The notes under the pieces: generated by a model
Told to the model about the DNA's origin: nothing
Databases searched by the model: none
Seen by the model: the letters and a program-made list of their open reading frames with translations, nothing else
Assembly (NCBI GenBank): GCA_016188775.1
Contig: JACPHC010000010.1
Coordinates: 31,333 to 95,332, forward strand
Reading direction: 5' to 3'
DNA: 64,000 nt
Source: Parcubacteria group bacterium
Lineage (GTDB): Bacteria; Patescibacteriota; Minisyncoccia; JACPHC01
Shown here: positions 9,602 to 19,062 of the stretch, one piece after another
Layout of the letters: every line of letters begins with the position of its first letter
Numbering within the stretch: the first letter of the stretch is position 1
Made by a program: the position numbers and the translations under genes

Positions 9602-10177
9602 ATGGAAAAATTAAGAATAATGTTTAAAAATTTTTTCAGGCAGGCTTGGGAGATCGCGAAAATCATCGTTGTTTCTTTGGCCATTATCATTCCCGTCCGT
9701 TATTTTCTTGTCCAGCCGTTTCTTGTCAAAGGTTCTTCAATGGAGCCGAATTTTCAAGACGGCAATTATCTTTTAATTGACGAAATATCGCCGCGGCTGC
9801 GCGATTACGGGAGAGGGGATATTATTGTTTTTCGCTTTCCGCAAAATCATGGCATTTATTTGATTAAAAGAATCATCGGACTGCCTGGCGAGGAAGTGGA
9901 AATAGACAATGGCCGGATTTATGTTTGGGACGCCGTTGGCCTTAAAAAAATCGCTTTAATCGAGCCGTATTTGGCCAATGGCGTTTTAACTCTTGGCAGT
10001 TCCCGGATTACTTTGGGCCAAAACGAATATTTTGTTTTGGGAGACAATCGCGCCGCCAGTTCCGATTCGCGGAGTTGGGGTTCGGTTAAAAAAGATAATA
10101 TTGTCGGTAAGGTTTGGCTGCGCGCTTGGCCCATAGCCGAGGCCGGTTTTTTTGAAACCCCGAACTACAGACCATAG
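9602..10177 (+). CDS. lepB: signal peptidase I
   Basis: TM anchor, catalytic Ser box (GSSMEP), Lys box (YLIKRIIGLPGE), GDNRAASSDSRSWG. Confidence 0.85.
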   Translation: MEKLRIMFKNFFRQAWEIAKIIVVSLAIIIPVRYFLVQPFLVKGSSMEPNFQDGNYLLIDEISPRLRDYGRGDIIVFRFPQNHGIYLIKRIIGLPGEEVEIDNGRIYVWDAVGLKKIALIEPYLANGVLTLGSSRITLGQNEYFVLGDNRAASSDSRSWGSVKKDNIVGKVWLRAWPIAEAGFFETPNYRP

Positions 10178-10180
10178 GTC

Positions 10181-10333
10181 TTTCGCTTATAATGATTAAA
10201 GAAGTTATTCTAAAAATTTTTAAGGTCGAGGCGCTTTAATTAAATTATATAATCCGCCGAGGGTGCCTAAAAAATTTTAGAATAACTTCTTGCCATTATT
10301 CCGAAAAATTATTTCGCAAAAAGTTTTATTAAA
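10181..10333. repeat. family A hairpin element copy 1 (A1 subtype) forming the hisS 5' region
   Basis: cgcTTATAATgattaaa + 22-bp arm (gaagttattctaaaaattttta) + conserved core GGTCGAGGCGCTTTAATTAAATTATATAATCCGCCGAGGGTGCC + complementary arm + conserved tail running to the hisS ATG; near-identical copies at 50363-50512 and 52665-52815. Confidence 0.8.
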
Positions 10334-11617
10334 ATGCCTAAAAAAAGACAAAAAGAATTATTTCAGCCGGCCAAAGGAACTTTTGATATTTTGCCGGAAG
10401 ACGAGTGGTATTGGGACAAGATTTATAAAGCCGCGAGCAAAGCGGCCGATGTTTACGGGTTTGGCAAGATAGAGACGCCGATTTTTGAAAATACCAATCT
10501 GTTTTTAAGAAGCGTGGGCGAGACTACCGATATAGCGGAGAAACAAATGTATAGCTTTAAGACCAGAGGCGGGGATGCGCTCACTTTGAGACCGGAAGGA
10601 ACGGCGCCGATTAGCCGGGCTTTTATTTCCAACGGACTTTTTGAATTGCCTCAACCGCTGAAGCTTTGGTATTGGGGTCCCTTTTTTAGGCACGAAAGTC
10701 CGCAGCATTTAAGATACCGGGAGTTTCATCAGTTCGGTTTTGAAATTTTTGGCGACCGGGATTCGGTTTATGACGCTTTAATTATTCAGATTTTTGCCAA
10801 TATTTTAAAGGAACTCGGATGGGCTGATTTTGTCGTGGAGATCAATAGCGTGGGCTGTCAGACTTGCCGGCCGGATTTTCGGCGCCTTCTTTTAAATTAT
10901 TATCGTTCTCGCCAGCGGCTTTTGTGCAAGGACTGCAAAAGGCGGTTTGTTTCCAATCCTTTGCGGCTTTTAGATTGCAAAGAAGAAAAATGCGCCGAGT
11001 TGAAATCGCGCGCGCCGCAAATTATCGATCATCTTTGTTCCGCTTGTCGTCCGCATTTTAAATCCACGCTTGAATTTTTGGATGATCTGGAAATTCCTTA
11101 TATGCTGAATCCGCATCTGGTGCGCGGTTTGGATTATTATTCCAAAACCGTGTTTGAATTTGTTTCAACTTCAAAAGAAGATAAGATGGCTATCGCTTCC
11201 GGCGGGCGTTATGACAATTTGGTGGAATTATTGGGAGGAAAAAGCGCGCCGGCCGTCGGCGGAGCCGCGGGCATTGAACGGCTCATCGCCAGTTTAAAAG
11301 AAATCGGCGTTCAGCCGGAGCCGAAAGAAAATCCGAAAGTTTTTGTGGTTCAGCTCGGTTCTTTAGCCAAAAGAAAATCTCTTTCTTTGATTGAAGATTT
11401 AAGAAAAGCGGAAATCACTTTTGCCGAATCCCTGGGTCGGGATTCCATTAAAGCTCAACTCAAGATTGCTGATCGCCTCAAGGCGCAATTAGCGCTAATT
11501 ATCGGCCAAAAAGAATCTTTGGATAATACGATTATTATTCGAGAGATGGATTCCGGCAATCAGGAAACCGTGACACGAGCGAAAATTATTGATAGATTAA
11601 AAAAGAGATTAAGTTAA
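10334..11617 (+). CDS. hisS: histidyl-tRNA synthetase
   Basis: Class II aaRS motifs (YSFKTRGGDALTLRPEGTAPISRAF; GGRYDNL); anticodon-binding C-terminus; Cys-rich insertion (CQTCRPDF…CKDCKRR…CSACRPHF). Confidence 0.85.
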   Translation: MPKKRQKELFQPAKGTFDILPEDEWYWDKIYKAASKAADVYGFGKIETPIFENTNLFLRSVGETTDIAEKQMYSFKTRGGDALTLRPEGTAPISRAFISNGLFELPQPLKLWYWGPFFRHESPQHLRYREFHQFGFEIFGDRDSVYDALIIQIFANILKELGWADFVVEINSVGCQTCRPDFRRLLLNYYRSRQRLLCKDCKRRFVSNPLRLLDCKEEKCAELKSRAPQIIDHLCSACRPHFKSTLEFLDDLEIPYMLNPHLVRGLDYYSKTVFEFVSTSKEDKMAIASGGRYDNLVELLGGKSAPAVGGAAGIERLIASLKEIGVQPEPKENPKVFVVQLGSLAKRKSLSLIEDLRKAEITFAESLGRDSIKAQLKIADRLKAQLALIIGQKESLDNTIIIREMDSGNQETVTRAKIIDRLKKRLS

Positions 11618-11623
11618 AATTTT

Positions 11624-11992
11624 ATGGCTGTTATTTTCGATCCCAATTGTATTTTTTGTAAAATCGGCAGAAAAGAATTGTCGGCGGATATTTTGTTTGA
11701 AAATGACGCTTATGTCGTTTTTAAAGATATTCAGCCCAAAGCGCCGGTTCATCTTTTAGTGGCGACTAAAAATCATATCAGCTCGATAATGGAAATTCAG
11801 GAAAAGGACAAGGAATTGATCGGCGGTTTGATTTTGCTGGCGAAAAAAATCGCCCAAGATCAGGGAATCGCCGCCAGCGGTTTTAAATTGGTTTTTAATG
11901 TCGGTCGAGGAGGCGGGCAGGTAATCGATCACCTTCACCTTCATCTTTTGGGGGGCTGGGCGGTTCCGGCTCAAAAAAAAGTGGAAGTGTAG
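11624..11992 (+). CDS. HIT-family (histidine triad) hydrolase
   Basis: HLHLHLLGG histidine-triad motif near the C-terminus. Confidence 0.8.
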   Translation: MAVIFDPNCIFCKIGRKELSADILFENDAYVVFKDIQPKAPVHLLVATKNHISSIMEIQEKDKELIGGLILLAKKIAQDQGIAASGFKLVFNVGRGGGQVIDHLHLHLLGGWAVPAQKKVEV

Positions 11993-12022
11993 AAAATTTG
12001 AAAAGAGATAATTTTAAGCATT

Positions 12023-12253
12023 ATGCCAATCATTGTTAGAAAAAGAGAAAAAGAAACCCCCGGCGGTTTAGTTCGACGTTTTACTAAAATAGTCAAACAA
12101 AGCGGCTTTGTTTTGAAGACGAGAAAAAAAAGATTTTATAAAAAACCGCTGACTAAAAAGAAAAAACGGGACGCGGCTCTGGGTCGGGCTAAAACGGCCA
12201 AAGAAATGGAACGGCTGGAAAAATTGGGAAAGAAAAAAGAAACCAAAAGATAG
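12023..12253 (+). CDS. rpsU: ribosomal protein S21
   Basis: MPIIVRKREKE…RRFTKIVKQSG…KKRFYKKPLTKKKKRDAA: S21 pattern. Confidence 0.75.
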   Translation: MPIIVRKREKETPGGLVRRFTKIVKQSGFVLKTRKKRFYKKPLTKKKKRDAALGRAKTAKEMERLEKLGKKKETKR

Positions 12254-12261
12254 TTTTCAAT

Positions 12262-12750
12262 ATGTTAAAAGTTCAGCTTCAAAATGATTTAAAAACCGCC
12301 ATGAAAGCGGTTGATATTTCGCGCCGGACCGTTTTGCAGTCATTGCTGGCCGCGATTCGGAATAAAGAAATAGAAAAACGGAGCCGGATTAAAGAAGTTG
12401 CCGGAAAAAGCGACGAAGAACTTCGAACACTTTCCGAATTAAAAGACGATGAAATTATTTCCGTCATTGCCGCGGAGGTTAAAAAAAGAAAAGACGCTTT
12501 AACGCTTTACGAAAAAAGCGGACGTTTGGATTTAATTGAAAAAGAAAAATCCGAACTGGAAATTTTATCGGCTTATTTGCCCGAACAGCTTTCGGAAGAA
12601 GAAATTAGAATAGAAGTTAAAAAAATTATTGAAACTTTAAAAGCCGGTCCCGGCGATTTCGGCAAAGCAATGAAAGAAGTTTCAGCTCGCCTTAAAGGAA
12701 AAGCCGAGGGCGGCCTAGTCAGTAAAATCGTCAAAGAAATGCTGGGTTAA
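12262..12750 (+). CDS. GatB/YqeY-domain protein
   Basis: N-terminus MLKVQLQNDLKTAMKA…LQSLLAAIRNKEIEK matches the YqeY family. Confidence 0.7.
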   Translation: MLKVQLQNDLKTAMKAVDISRRTVLQSLLAAIRNKEIEKRSRIKEVAGKSDEELRTLSELKDDEIISVIAAEVKKRKDALTLYEKSGRLDLIEKEKSELEILSAYLPEQLSEEEIRIEVKKIIETLKAGPGDFGKAMKEVSARLKGKAEGGLVSKIVKEMLG

Positions 12751-12754
12751 TTTT

Positions 12755-13237
12755 ATGATTGTTCTCGAGATTAATAATTTAACCGCGGTAAAAATTAATA
12801 AAACTCAATTAAAAAAAACCGCTCAAAAAATCATTGGGGCGGTAAGCAAAGAAAAAATCGAATTTAAAAAATTTAAAAAAATTGAAATTAGCTTGGCCTT
12901 TGTCGGCGATTCCCGTATAAAAAAATTAAACAAAATTTGGAGAGGAAAAAATCGGATCACGGATGTTTTATCTTTTGGCGTTGAGGAAATTGAATTTAAA
13001 AACTCGCCGGTTGGCGATGTTTTTATTTCTCCGGATAACGTTAAGAGAATCGGCGAGATTGTTATAGATCCGCATCAGGCGAAAAAACAGGCCAAAAAAT
13101 TTGGCCATAGTCTTGATAAAGAAATTATCCGCCTTTTAGCTCACGGCATCTTGCATCTTTTAGGTTACGATCATGAAAATGATAAAGAAGCCCTTGAAAT
13201 GGAAAGGCTGGAAGAGAAAATTTTAATGGATTTTTAG
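12755..13237 (+). CDS. ybeY: rRNA maturation endoribonuclease YbeY
   Basis: HGILHLLGYDHEND zinc-binding motif. Confidence 0.85.
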   Translation: MIVLEINNLTAVKINKTQLKKTAQKIIGAVSKEKIEFKKFKKIEISLAFVGDSRIKKLNKIWRGKNRITDVLSFGVEEIEFKNSPVGDVFISPDNVKRIGEIVIDPHQAKKQAKKFGHSLDKEIIRLLAHGILHLLGYDHENDKEALEMERLEEKILMDF

Positions 13238-13297
13238 CATTGCAATTGATTTAATTTCCAGTTATTCTATACAATATAGAATAACTTTTTTATTTAT

Positions 13298-14527
13298 ATG
13301 GCGCGGGAAAAAATAATTGTGGGATTGGATATCGGCACTTCAACGATCCAGACGATTGTGGCCAAAAAAAGAAAAGGGACTCGGCCGCAAGTAATCGGAA
13401 TTGGCGAATCGGGCGCCCTGGGAATCAGGCGCGGCGTTGTTGTCAATATCAATGAAGCCATTAAAAGCATTAAAGCGTCGGTTATGCAGGCGGAACGCGC
13501 TTCCGGCGTTCCCGTCTCTCGAGTCTACGTCAGTCTGGGCGGATCTCATATTCAGATCGCTCCTTCCAAAGGAGTGGTGGCGGTTTCTCGGGCCGACGGC
13601 GAAGTGTCGGAAGATGACGTGGATCGAGTGATTCGCGCCGCCGAGTCAATTTCTTTGCCGGCTAATTATGAAATTTTGCATATCATACCGCGCCGTTTTC
13701 GTCTGGACAGCCAAGAAGACATTAAAGATCCCAAAGGCATGACTGGCATTCGGCTTGAAACCGAGGCTTTAGTTGTTGAAGCTTTTACTCCCTCGGTTAA
13801 AAATTTAACCAAGGCCGTGAATGAGGCCGGATTGAAAATAGAAGAGCTGATTTTTTCCAGTTTAGCCGCGGCTGAATCCAGTTTAAGTCAGCAGCAAAAA
13901 GAACTGGGCGTTATCGGCATTGATATCGGCGGCGGCACAACCGGTCTCGTGGTTTACGAAGAAGGAGATCTTTTGCACGCCGGGGTTATTCCCGTTGGAG
14001 GAACGCATTTAACCAATGATGTGGCTATCGGGCTTAGAACTTCCATTGAGACGGCTGAGCGAGTCAAGGTGGCGGCCGGCTACGCGGTGCCGGAAAAAAT
14101 CGGCAAACGCGATTTGATTGATTTAGCTAAATTTTCCAAACACGAAGAAGGCGAGACGCAGAAGCGGTATTTGGCGGAAATCATTGAAGCCCGGCTTTCG
14201 GAAATTTTCGAGCTGGCGAATAAAGAATTAAAAAAGATTAATCGTTTGGGCGAACTGCCCGCCGGAGCGGTTTTGTTGGGCGGCTCGGCTCATTTAAATG
14301 ACATCGCGGAACTCGCTAAAAAACGATTGAAACTGCCGGTAATCACCGGTCGGCCAATAGAACTTGACGGATTAGGCGATCGCCTGTCCAAACCGGAATA
14401 CGCTACGGCTGTTGGTTTGATTTTAATCGCTTCCAAGCACCTTGAGAATGAAGAAAACGGTTTTCCTTTCCGAAAAGCTCCTCCAATCAGCGGATTTTTC
14501 AGATGGCTTAAAAACTTCCTTCCCTAA
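13298..14527 (+). CDS. ftsA: cell division protein FtsA
   Basis: Actin-fold N-terminus IVGLDIGTSTIQTIVA; GIDIGGGTT; ftsZ downstream. Confidence 0.85.
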   Translation: MAREKIIVGLDIGTSTIQTIVAKKRKGTRPQVIGIGESGALGIRRGVVVNINEAIKSIKASVMQAERASGVPVSRVYVSLGGSHIQIAPSKGVVAVSRADGEVSEDDVDRVIRAAESISLPANYEILHIIPRRFRLDSQEDIKDPKGMTGIRLETEALVVEAFTPSVKNLTKAVNEAGLKIEELIFSSLAAAESSLSQQQKELGVIGIDIGGGTTGLVVYEEGDLLHAGVIPVGGTHLTNDVAIGLRTSIETAERVKVAAGYAVPEKIGKRDLIDLAKFSKHEEGETQKRYLAEIIEARLSEIFELANKELKKINRLGELPAGAVLLGGSAHLNDIAELAKKRLKLPVITGRPIELDGLGDRLSKPEYATAVGLILIASKHLENEENGFPFRKAPPISGFFRWLKNFLP

Positions 14528-14572
14528 ATTAATTTTTTGTGCTAAGATTGTTTCGTCCAGAAAAAAATAAAA

Positions 14573-15055
14573 ATGAAGAAAACAAAAATAATAACGGACA
14601 AGAAAGATATTGAAAAACTTCTCGTAAAACAGACTGCGGTAATTTTAAACGCGGTTGATGAGAAAATTTCAAAGCTTGACAAGTCAGTTGATGAGAAAAT
14701 TTCAAAGCTTGACAAGTCAGTTGATGAGAAAATTTCAAAGCTTGACAAGTCAGTTGATGAGAAAATTTCAAAGCTTGACAAGTCAGTTGATGAGAAAATT
14801 TCAAAGCTTGACAAGTCAGTTGATGAGAAAATTTCAAGACTTAGTTTGGAAATAATTAAAAGAGAAGCCCATATGGACGCGCGACTTGGAAAGCTTGAAG
14901 AAAGATTGACTAAAAAAATCGATCAGCTTACTACGGCATTAGATAAGTTTCTCACCCGTCTTACTGGACTCGAGCAAGAATTTATATTTATGAAGGAAGA
15001 TATAAAAAGAATAAAATCAATTTTAAAAGAGAAAATTGGAGTCGATTTAACTTAG
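14573..15055 (+). CDS. hypothetical coiled-coil protein with 11-residue tandem repeats (VDEKISKLDKS x5, then a diverged copy), lying between ftsA and ftsZ
   Basis: 160-aa ORF; five perfect 33-bp DNA repeats encode a perfect hendecad repeat; C-terminal heptad-like region (LGKLEERLTKKIDQLTTALDKFLTRLTGLEQE). Confidence 0.55.
   Translation: MKKTKIITDKKDIEKLLVKQTAVILNAVDEKISKLDKSVDEKISKLDKSVDEKISKLDKSVDEKISKLDKSVDEKISKLDKSVDEKISRLSLEIIKREAHMDARLGKLEERLTKKIDQLTTALDKFLTRLTGLEQEFIFMKEDIKRIKSILKEKIGVDLT
14654..14851 (+). repeat. 33-bp direct tandem repeat, 5 perfect units plus 1 diverged unit
   Basis: gttgatgagaaaatttcaaagcttgacaagtca repeated head-to-tail with no spacers, so not CRISPR; lies inside the 14573..15055 CDS. 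Confidence 0.95.
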
Positions 15056-15070
15056 GCTTATTTAATTATG

Positions 15071-15210
15071 CCCAGTAGTGAAATTTCGATAGATTTTTTT
15101 TCTGTCATTTGATTATCACTCTCTACTTGGCAAAATATATTTATTATTAACAATTCCGACTTCTTGTCTTAAGAAATCTTAATGACAGAATCGAAATTCT
15201 ACTACTGGGT
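15071..15210. repeat. family B ~140-bp inverted-repeat element copy 1, ending exactly at the ftsZ ATG
   Basis: cccagtagtgaaatttcgat…atcgaaattctactactggg terminal inverted repeats plus inner tctgtcat/atgacaga pairing; ~93% identical copy at 51255-51394. Confidence 0.8.
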
Positions 15211-16374
15211 ATGCCTCGCATTAAACCAAGCATCGAAACATTTGCCAAAATTAAAGTCATTGGCATTGGCGGTTCCGGCTCTAACGCGGTTGACCATATG
15301 ATTGAGCGGCGAATTCAAGGCGTGGAATTTATCGCCATCAACACCGACGCGCAGGATTTGCATCATTCCCGGGCGCCGATTAAAATTCATATCGGGAAAA
15401 ATTTGACCCATGGCTTGGGCGCGGGAATGAATCCCGAAGTCGGCGAAAAAGCGGCTGAAGAAAGCAAGGAGGAAATCCAGGAAGCTTTAAAGGGCGCGGA
15501 CATGATTTTTATCGCCGGCGGTTTTGGCGGCGGCACTTGTTCCGGGGCCTCCCCCGTGGTGGCGGAAATCGCCGATGGCACCGGCGCTTTAGTCGTGGCG
15601 GTCATTACCCGTCCTTTTAGTTTTGAAGGCGCTCACAGAACTCGGATTGCCGATGAAGCTTTTGGCCGGATTGAAAGCCGAGTGGACACTTTAATCAGAA
15701 TCAGCAATGACAAACTTTTATCTTTAATTGACAAAAAAACTCCTCTTTTGAGCGCTTTCAATATTGTCGATGAAGTTTTGCTTCAGGCGGTGCAGGGAAT
15801 TTCCGATATCATCACTTTGCCCGGCATTGTTAATGTGGATTTTGCCGATGTCAAGGCGATTATGGGTCAAGGCGGAGCCTCTCTTTTGGGCATTGGCAAG
15901 GCCTCGGGCCAAGAGCGGGCGATAGAAGCGGCTCGAGCCGCCATGCATTCTCCTCTTTTAGATATTTCCATTGACGGGGCCAAAGGGCTTTTGTTTAACG
16001 TCAGCGGCGGCCCGGATTTGGCTATGTATGAAATCAATGACGCGGCAAAATTGATTACCGAATCAATAGATAAAGACGCCAAAGTTATTTTCGGCGCGGT
16101 TGAGGACGCTCGCCTTAAAAAAGGCGAAATTAAAATCACGATTATTGCCACTGGTTTTGATGATAAACCTTCCAATACCGACGGTGAATTAGGGAAAAAT
16201 GTTTCCAATAAGCCGTTAATTAAGACTGTCGGAGCGGTGGAAAGTTTTTTTGCCAGGGAAAGCAAAGAGGACAAAAATGATAAGAAATCTGAAAATAACG
16301 TTAAGATTGAAGAGAAAAAAAAAGAAGAATCCGACGAGTGGGATATTCCGGCCTTTTTAAGGAGAAAGAAATAA
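15211..16374 (+). CDS. ftsZ: cell division GTPase FtsZ
   Basis: IKVIGIGGSGSNAV; tubulin signature GGGTCSGASPVVAEIA; acidic C-terminal tail. Confidence 0.92.
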   Translation: MPRIKPSIETFAKIKVIGIGGSGSNAVDHMIERRIQGVEFIAINTDAQDLHHSRAPIKIHIGKNLTHGLGAGMNPEVGEKAAEESKEEIQEALKGADMIFIAGGFGGGTCSGASPVVAEIADGTGALVVAVITRPFSFEGAHRTRIADEAFGRIESRVDTLIRISNDKLLSLIDKKTPLLSAFNIVDEVLLQAVQGISDIITLPGIVNVDFADVKAIMGQGGASLLGIGKASGQERAIEAARAAMHSPLLDISIDGAKGLLFNVSGGPDLAMYEINDAAKLITESIDKDAKVIFGAVEDARLKKGEIKITIIATGFDDKPSNTDGELGKNVSNKPLIKTVGAVESFFARESKEDKNDKKSENNVKIEEKKKEESDEWDIPAFLRRKK

Positions 16375-16445
16375 AAAAAGCTCGACTTATCCCCAGAAGA
16401 ACGCCTTGACGGCGTTTTTTGTTCGTCTAAAATAAAGATACTTAT

Positions 16446-18752
16446 ATGTTAAAAAATCCCATCAAACAAGTTGAAAAACGCGACGGCCGGATTGTTGATT
16501 TTGATCAGGCGAGAATCACCAGCGCTATTTACCGGGCCATGGAAGCGGCGAACGAAGGCGATTTGGGTCGGGACCCTCAAAAAGTTTCCGATCGCGTGGT
16601 CAAAGAGTTGATAAAAAAATATTCCAAAGGAGGGATTCCAAAAATAGAAGAAATTCAGGACGTCGCGGAAGAGTCTTTAATTTTATTGGATTTCCCCAAA
16701 GTCGCCAAGGCTTACATTCTTTACCGGCATGAGCGTTCGCTGGTTCGGGAGAAACAAAAATTTATTCCGGAGCGCGTTAAAAAATTAGCCAGCGAGTCTA
16801 AAAAATATTTCCGCAATCCTTTGGGCGAATTTATTTTTTACCGGACTTATTCGCGCTGGATCGAAGAAGAAAATCGAAGGGAAACTTGGATTGAAACGGT
16901 TGATCGCTATGTTAATTTTATGAAAGAAAATTTGGGCCAGCGGCTGAAAGAAGATGAATACGCGACGATTCGCGAGGCGATTTTAAATCAGGAAGTAATG
17001 CCTTCAATGCGGCTTTTATGGAGCGCGGGCAAAAGCGCTAAAGCCACTAATGTTTCGGCCTATAATTGTTCTTATTTAGCACCCTCAAAAATAGAGGATT
17101 TTGCCGAGATTATGTATCTACTGATGTGCGGCGCCGGAGTCGGGTTTTCCGTGGAATCGCAGACAGTTCAAGAATTGCCGATCGTCAAGCGTCAGAATGG
17201 AAAAATAAGAGAGGCTTACGCGATAGCCGACAGCAAAGAAGGCTGGGCCGACGCTTTGACTCTTGGTTTAAAAACTTGGTACGAAGGAGAGGATATTGAA
17301 TTTGATTTTTCCCAGCTTCGGCCGGCTGGAGCCCGTCTTAAAACCATGGGCGGCCGAAGTTCCGGCCCGGCTCCTTTGGTCGCTCTTTTGGATTTTACTC
17401 GGAATAAAATTTTGTCCAGACAGGGAAAGAGATTGAGCAATTTAGATGTTCACGATATTATCTGCAAAATCGCGGATTTGGTGGTGATGGGCGGCGTTCG
17501 GCGATCGGCCCTGATTTCTTTATCGGACCTTGACGATGAAGAGATGCGATTTGCCAAAACCGGACAATTTTACTTGACTGACCCGCAGAGAATGCTGGCT
17601 AATAATTCGGCTGTTTATAATTATCGGCCGACTTCAACCCAATTTTTGGACGAGTGGCTGGCTTTGGCCAAAAGCGGCACGGGCGAGCGGGGAATTTTTA
17701 ACCGCGGCAGTCTAAAAAATCAATTGCCGGAGAGGCGTTGGAAGGTTTTTGAGAAATATTGGCAGACGTCCGGCACTAATCCCTGCGGCGAAATTATTCT
17801 AAGATCGAAGCAATTTTGCAATCTTTCGGAAGTGGTGGCGCGAGCCCAAGATACCGAAGAAACTTTGCTTAGAAAAGTTGAAATAGCGGCGATTTTGGGA
17901 ACTTATCAATCAACTTTCATTAATTTTCCATATATTTCCAAAGATTGGAGGAAAAATTGCGAAGAAGAAAGGTTGCTGGGAGTTTCCATAACCGGCCAGT
18001 GGGATAGTTCGGCCGCCCGATCTCCGGAAATTTTACGAAAATTAAAAGTTCAAGCCGTTAAAACAAATCGTCAATACGCCAAGAAATTCGGCGTTAACGA
18101 ATCAACGTGCGTGACGTGCGTTAAGCCGTCCGGCACGGTTTCGCAATTGGTGGATGCCGCTTCGGGCATGCATCCGCGCCACGCCAAATATTATATTCGC
18201 CGGATCCGTATTTCCGCCACTGATCCGCTTTTCCAAATGTTAAAGGAACAAAAATTTCCCTATCAGCCGGAAGTGGGGCAATTGGAAAATTCCGCCACTA
18301 CTTACGTGTTGGATTTTCCGGTTAAAGCCCCCAAAAGCGCGGCTTTAAGAAACGATTTGACGGCTATGAGTCAGTTGGAGTATTGGAAAATTGTTAAAAT
18401 GAATTACACCGAGCATAATCCTTCCGTGACCATTACCGTTGACGACGGCGAATGGATTGAGGTGGCCAATTGGCTTTATCAAAACTGGGACATGCTGGGC
18501 GGTCTTTCTTTTTTGCCTAAAGAAAAACACGTTTATCAATTGGCTCCTTATGAAGAAATTACCGAAGAGAAATATGTTGAGTTAATGTCTAGAATGCCCG
18601 ATATTGATTTTTCCCAAATTATCGCTTACGAAAAAGAAGATCAGACAACCGGCGCCAAAGAATTGGCCTGCGTGGGCGGAGTTTGCGAAATTGATCCGGA
18701 AGAAGGCAGCGTGCCAACAGCAGAGACAAAAATTATCGCGGCCAGTTATTAA
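16446..18752 (+). CDS. nrdJ: ribonucleotide reductase with N-terminal ATP-cone, probably class II (B12-dependent)
   Basis: ATP-cone (VEKRDGRIVDFDQARITSAI); NPCGEI active-site motif; C-terminal Cys pair; no adjacent NrdB-like gene; class assignment is inference. Confidence 0.65.
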   Translation: MLKNPIKQVEKRDGRIVDFDQARITSAIYRAMEAANEGDLGRDPQKVSDRVVKELIKKYSKGGIPKIEEIQDVAEESLILLDFPKVAKAYILYRHERSLVREKQKFIPERVKKLASESKKYFRNPLGEFIFYRTYSRWIEEENRRETWIETVDRYVNFMKENLGQRLKEDEYATIREAILNQEVMPSMRLLWSAGKSAKATNVSAYNCSYLAPSKIEDFAEIMYLLMCGAGVGFSVESQTVQELPIVKRQNGKIREAYAIADSKEGWADALTLGLKTWYEGEDIEFDFSQLRPAGARLKTMGGRSSGPAPLVALLDFTRNKILSRQGKRLSNLDVHDIICKIADLVVMGGVRRSALISLSDLDDEEMRFAKTGQFYLTDPQRMLANNSAVYNYRPTSTQFLDEWLALAKSGTGERGIFNRGSLKNQLPERRWKVFEKYWQTSGTNPCGEIILRSKQFCNLSEVVARAQDTEETLLRKVEIAAILGTYQSTFINFPYISKDWRKNCEEERLLGVSITGQWDSSAARSPEILRKLKVQAVKTNRQYAKKFGVNESTCVTCVKPSGTVSQLVDAASGMHPRHAKYYIRRIRISATDPLFQMLKEQKFPYQPEVGQLENSATTYVLDFPVKAPKSAALRNDLTAMSQLEYWKIVKMNYTEHNPSVTITVDDGEWIEVANWLYQNWDMLGGLSFLPKEKHVYQLAPYEEITEEKYVELMSRMPDIDFSQIIAYEKEDQTTGAKELACVGGVCEIDPEEGSVPTAETKIIAASY

Positions 18753-18815
18753 TTTACGAATTATTTGTTTTGTCATTGCGAGTCGGGAGCGAAGCAATCT
18801 CGCGATTATTTTTTT

Positions 18816-18916
18816 AAAGCCGGTCTAATCCGGCGGTCGTAAACTTTTTGGGTGTTTTTACTCTTTGGAGTATTGATCCTGAAAAAGGATGAAGGCCGCC
18901 GGATTAGACCGGCTTT
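18816..18916. other. long hairpin (23-bp stem, ~55-nt loop with an inner hairpin) downstream of the RNR gene
   Basis: aaagccggtctaatccggcggtc … ggccgccggattagaccggcttt, nearly perfect complement; possible terminator or sRNA. Confidence 0.5.
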
Positions 18917-19062
18917 GTCTACTTCATGCTCTAATAATAATTTTTAATTATTTTTTTTATTTTGTTATAATATTTCAAGCATTTACTTGCTATCGCTTAT
19001 AAATGCTAAAATGGATAGTTTATAGTTTTAAGTTTAAAAATTATTAATCTATTTTAAAATCT

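Noticed and set aside
10290-10472. 60-aa ORF MPLFRKIISQK… (and the similar N-terminal extension MLLFRKIISQKSF of the 52777 ORF)
   Set aside because: The shared LFRKIISQK peptide is encoded by the conserved tail of the family A repeat element; the real genes (hisS at 10334, tpiA at 52816) start downstream.
14654-14851. Possible CRISPR array (regular 33-bp repeats)
   Set aside because: Units abut with no spacers and lie inside a coding frame; no cas genes; this is a tandem direct repeat, not CRISPR. The same applies to the 52503-52581 repeats.
14529-14855. Three additional ORFs (14529..14837 -, 14542..14814 -, 14655..14855 +) with repetitive translations overlapping the 33-bp tandem repeats
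   Set aside because: They are alternative-frame or antisense readings of the same repeat array; only the + frame (14573..15055) has non-repetitive N- and C-terminal domains, so the others are treated as artefacts.
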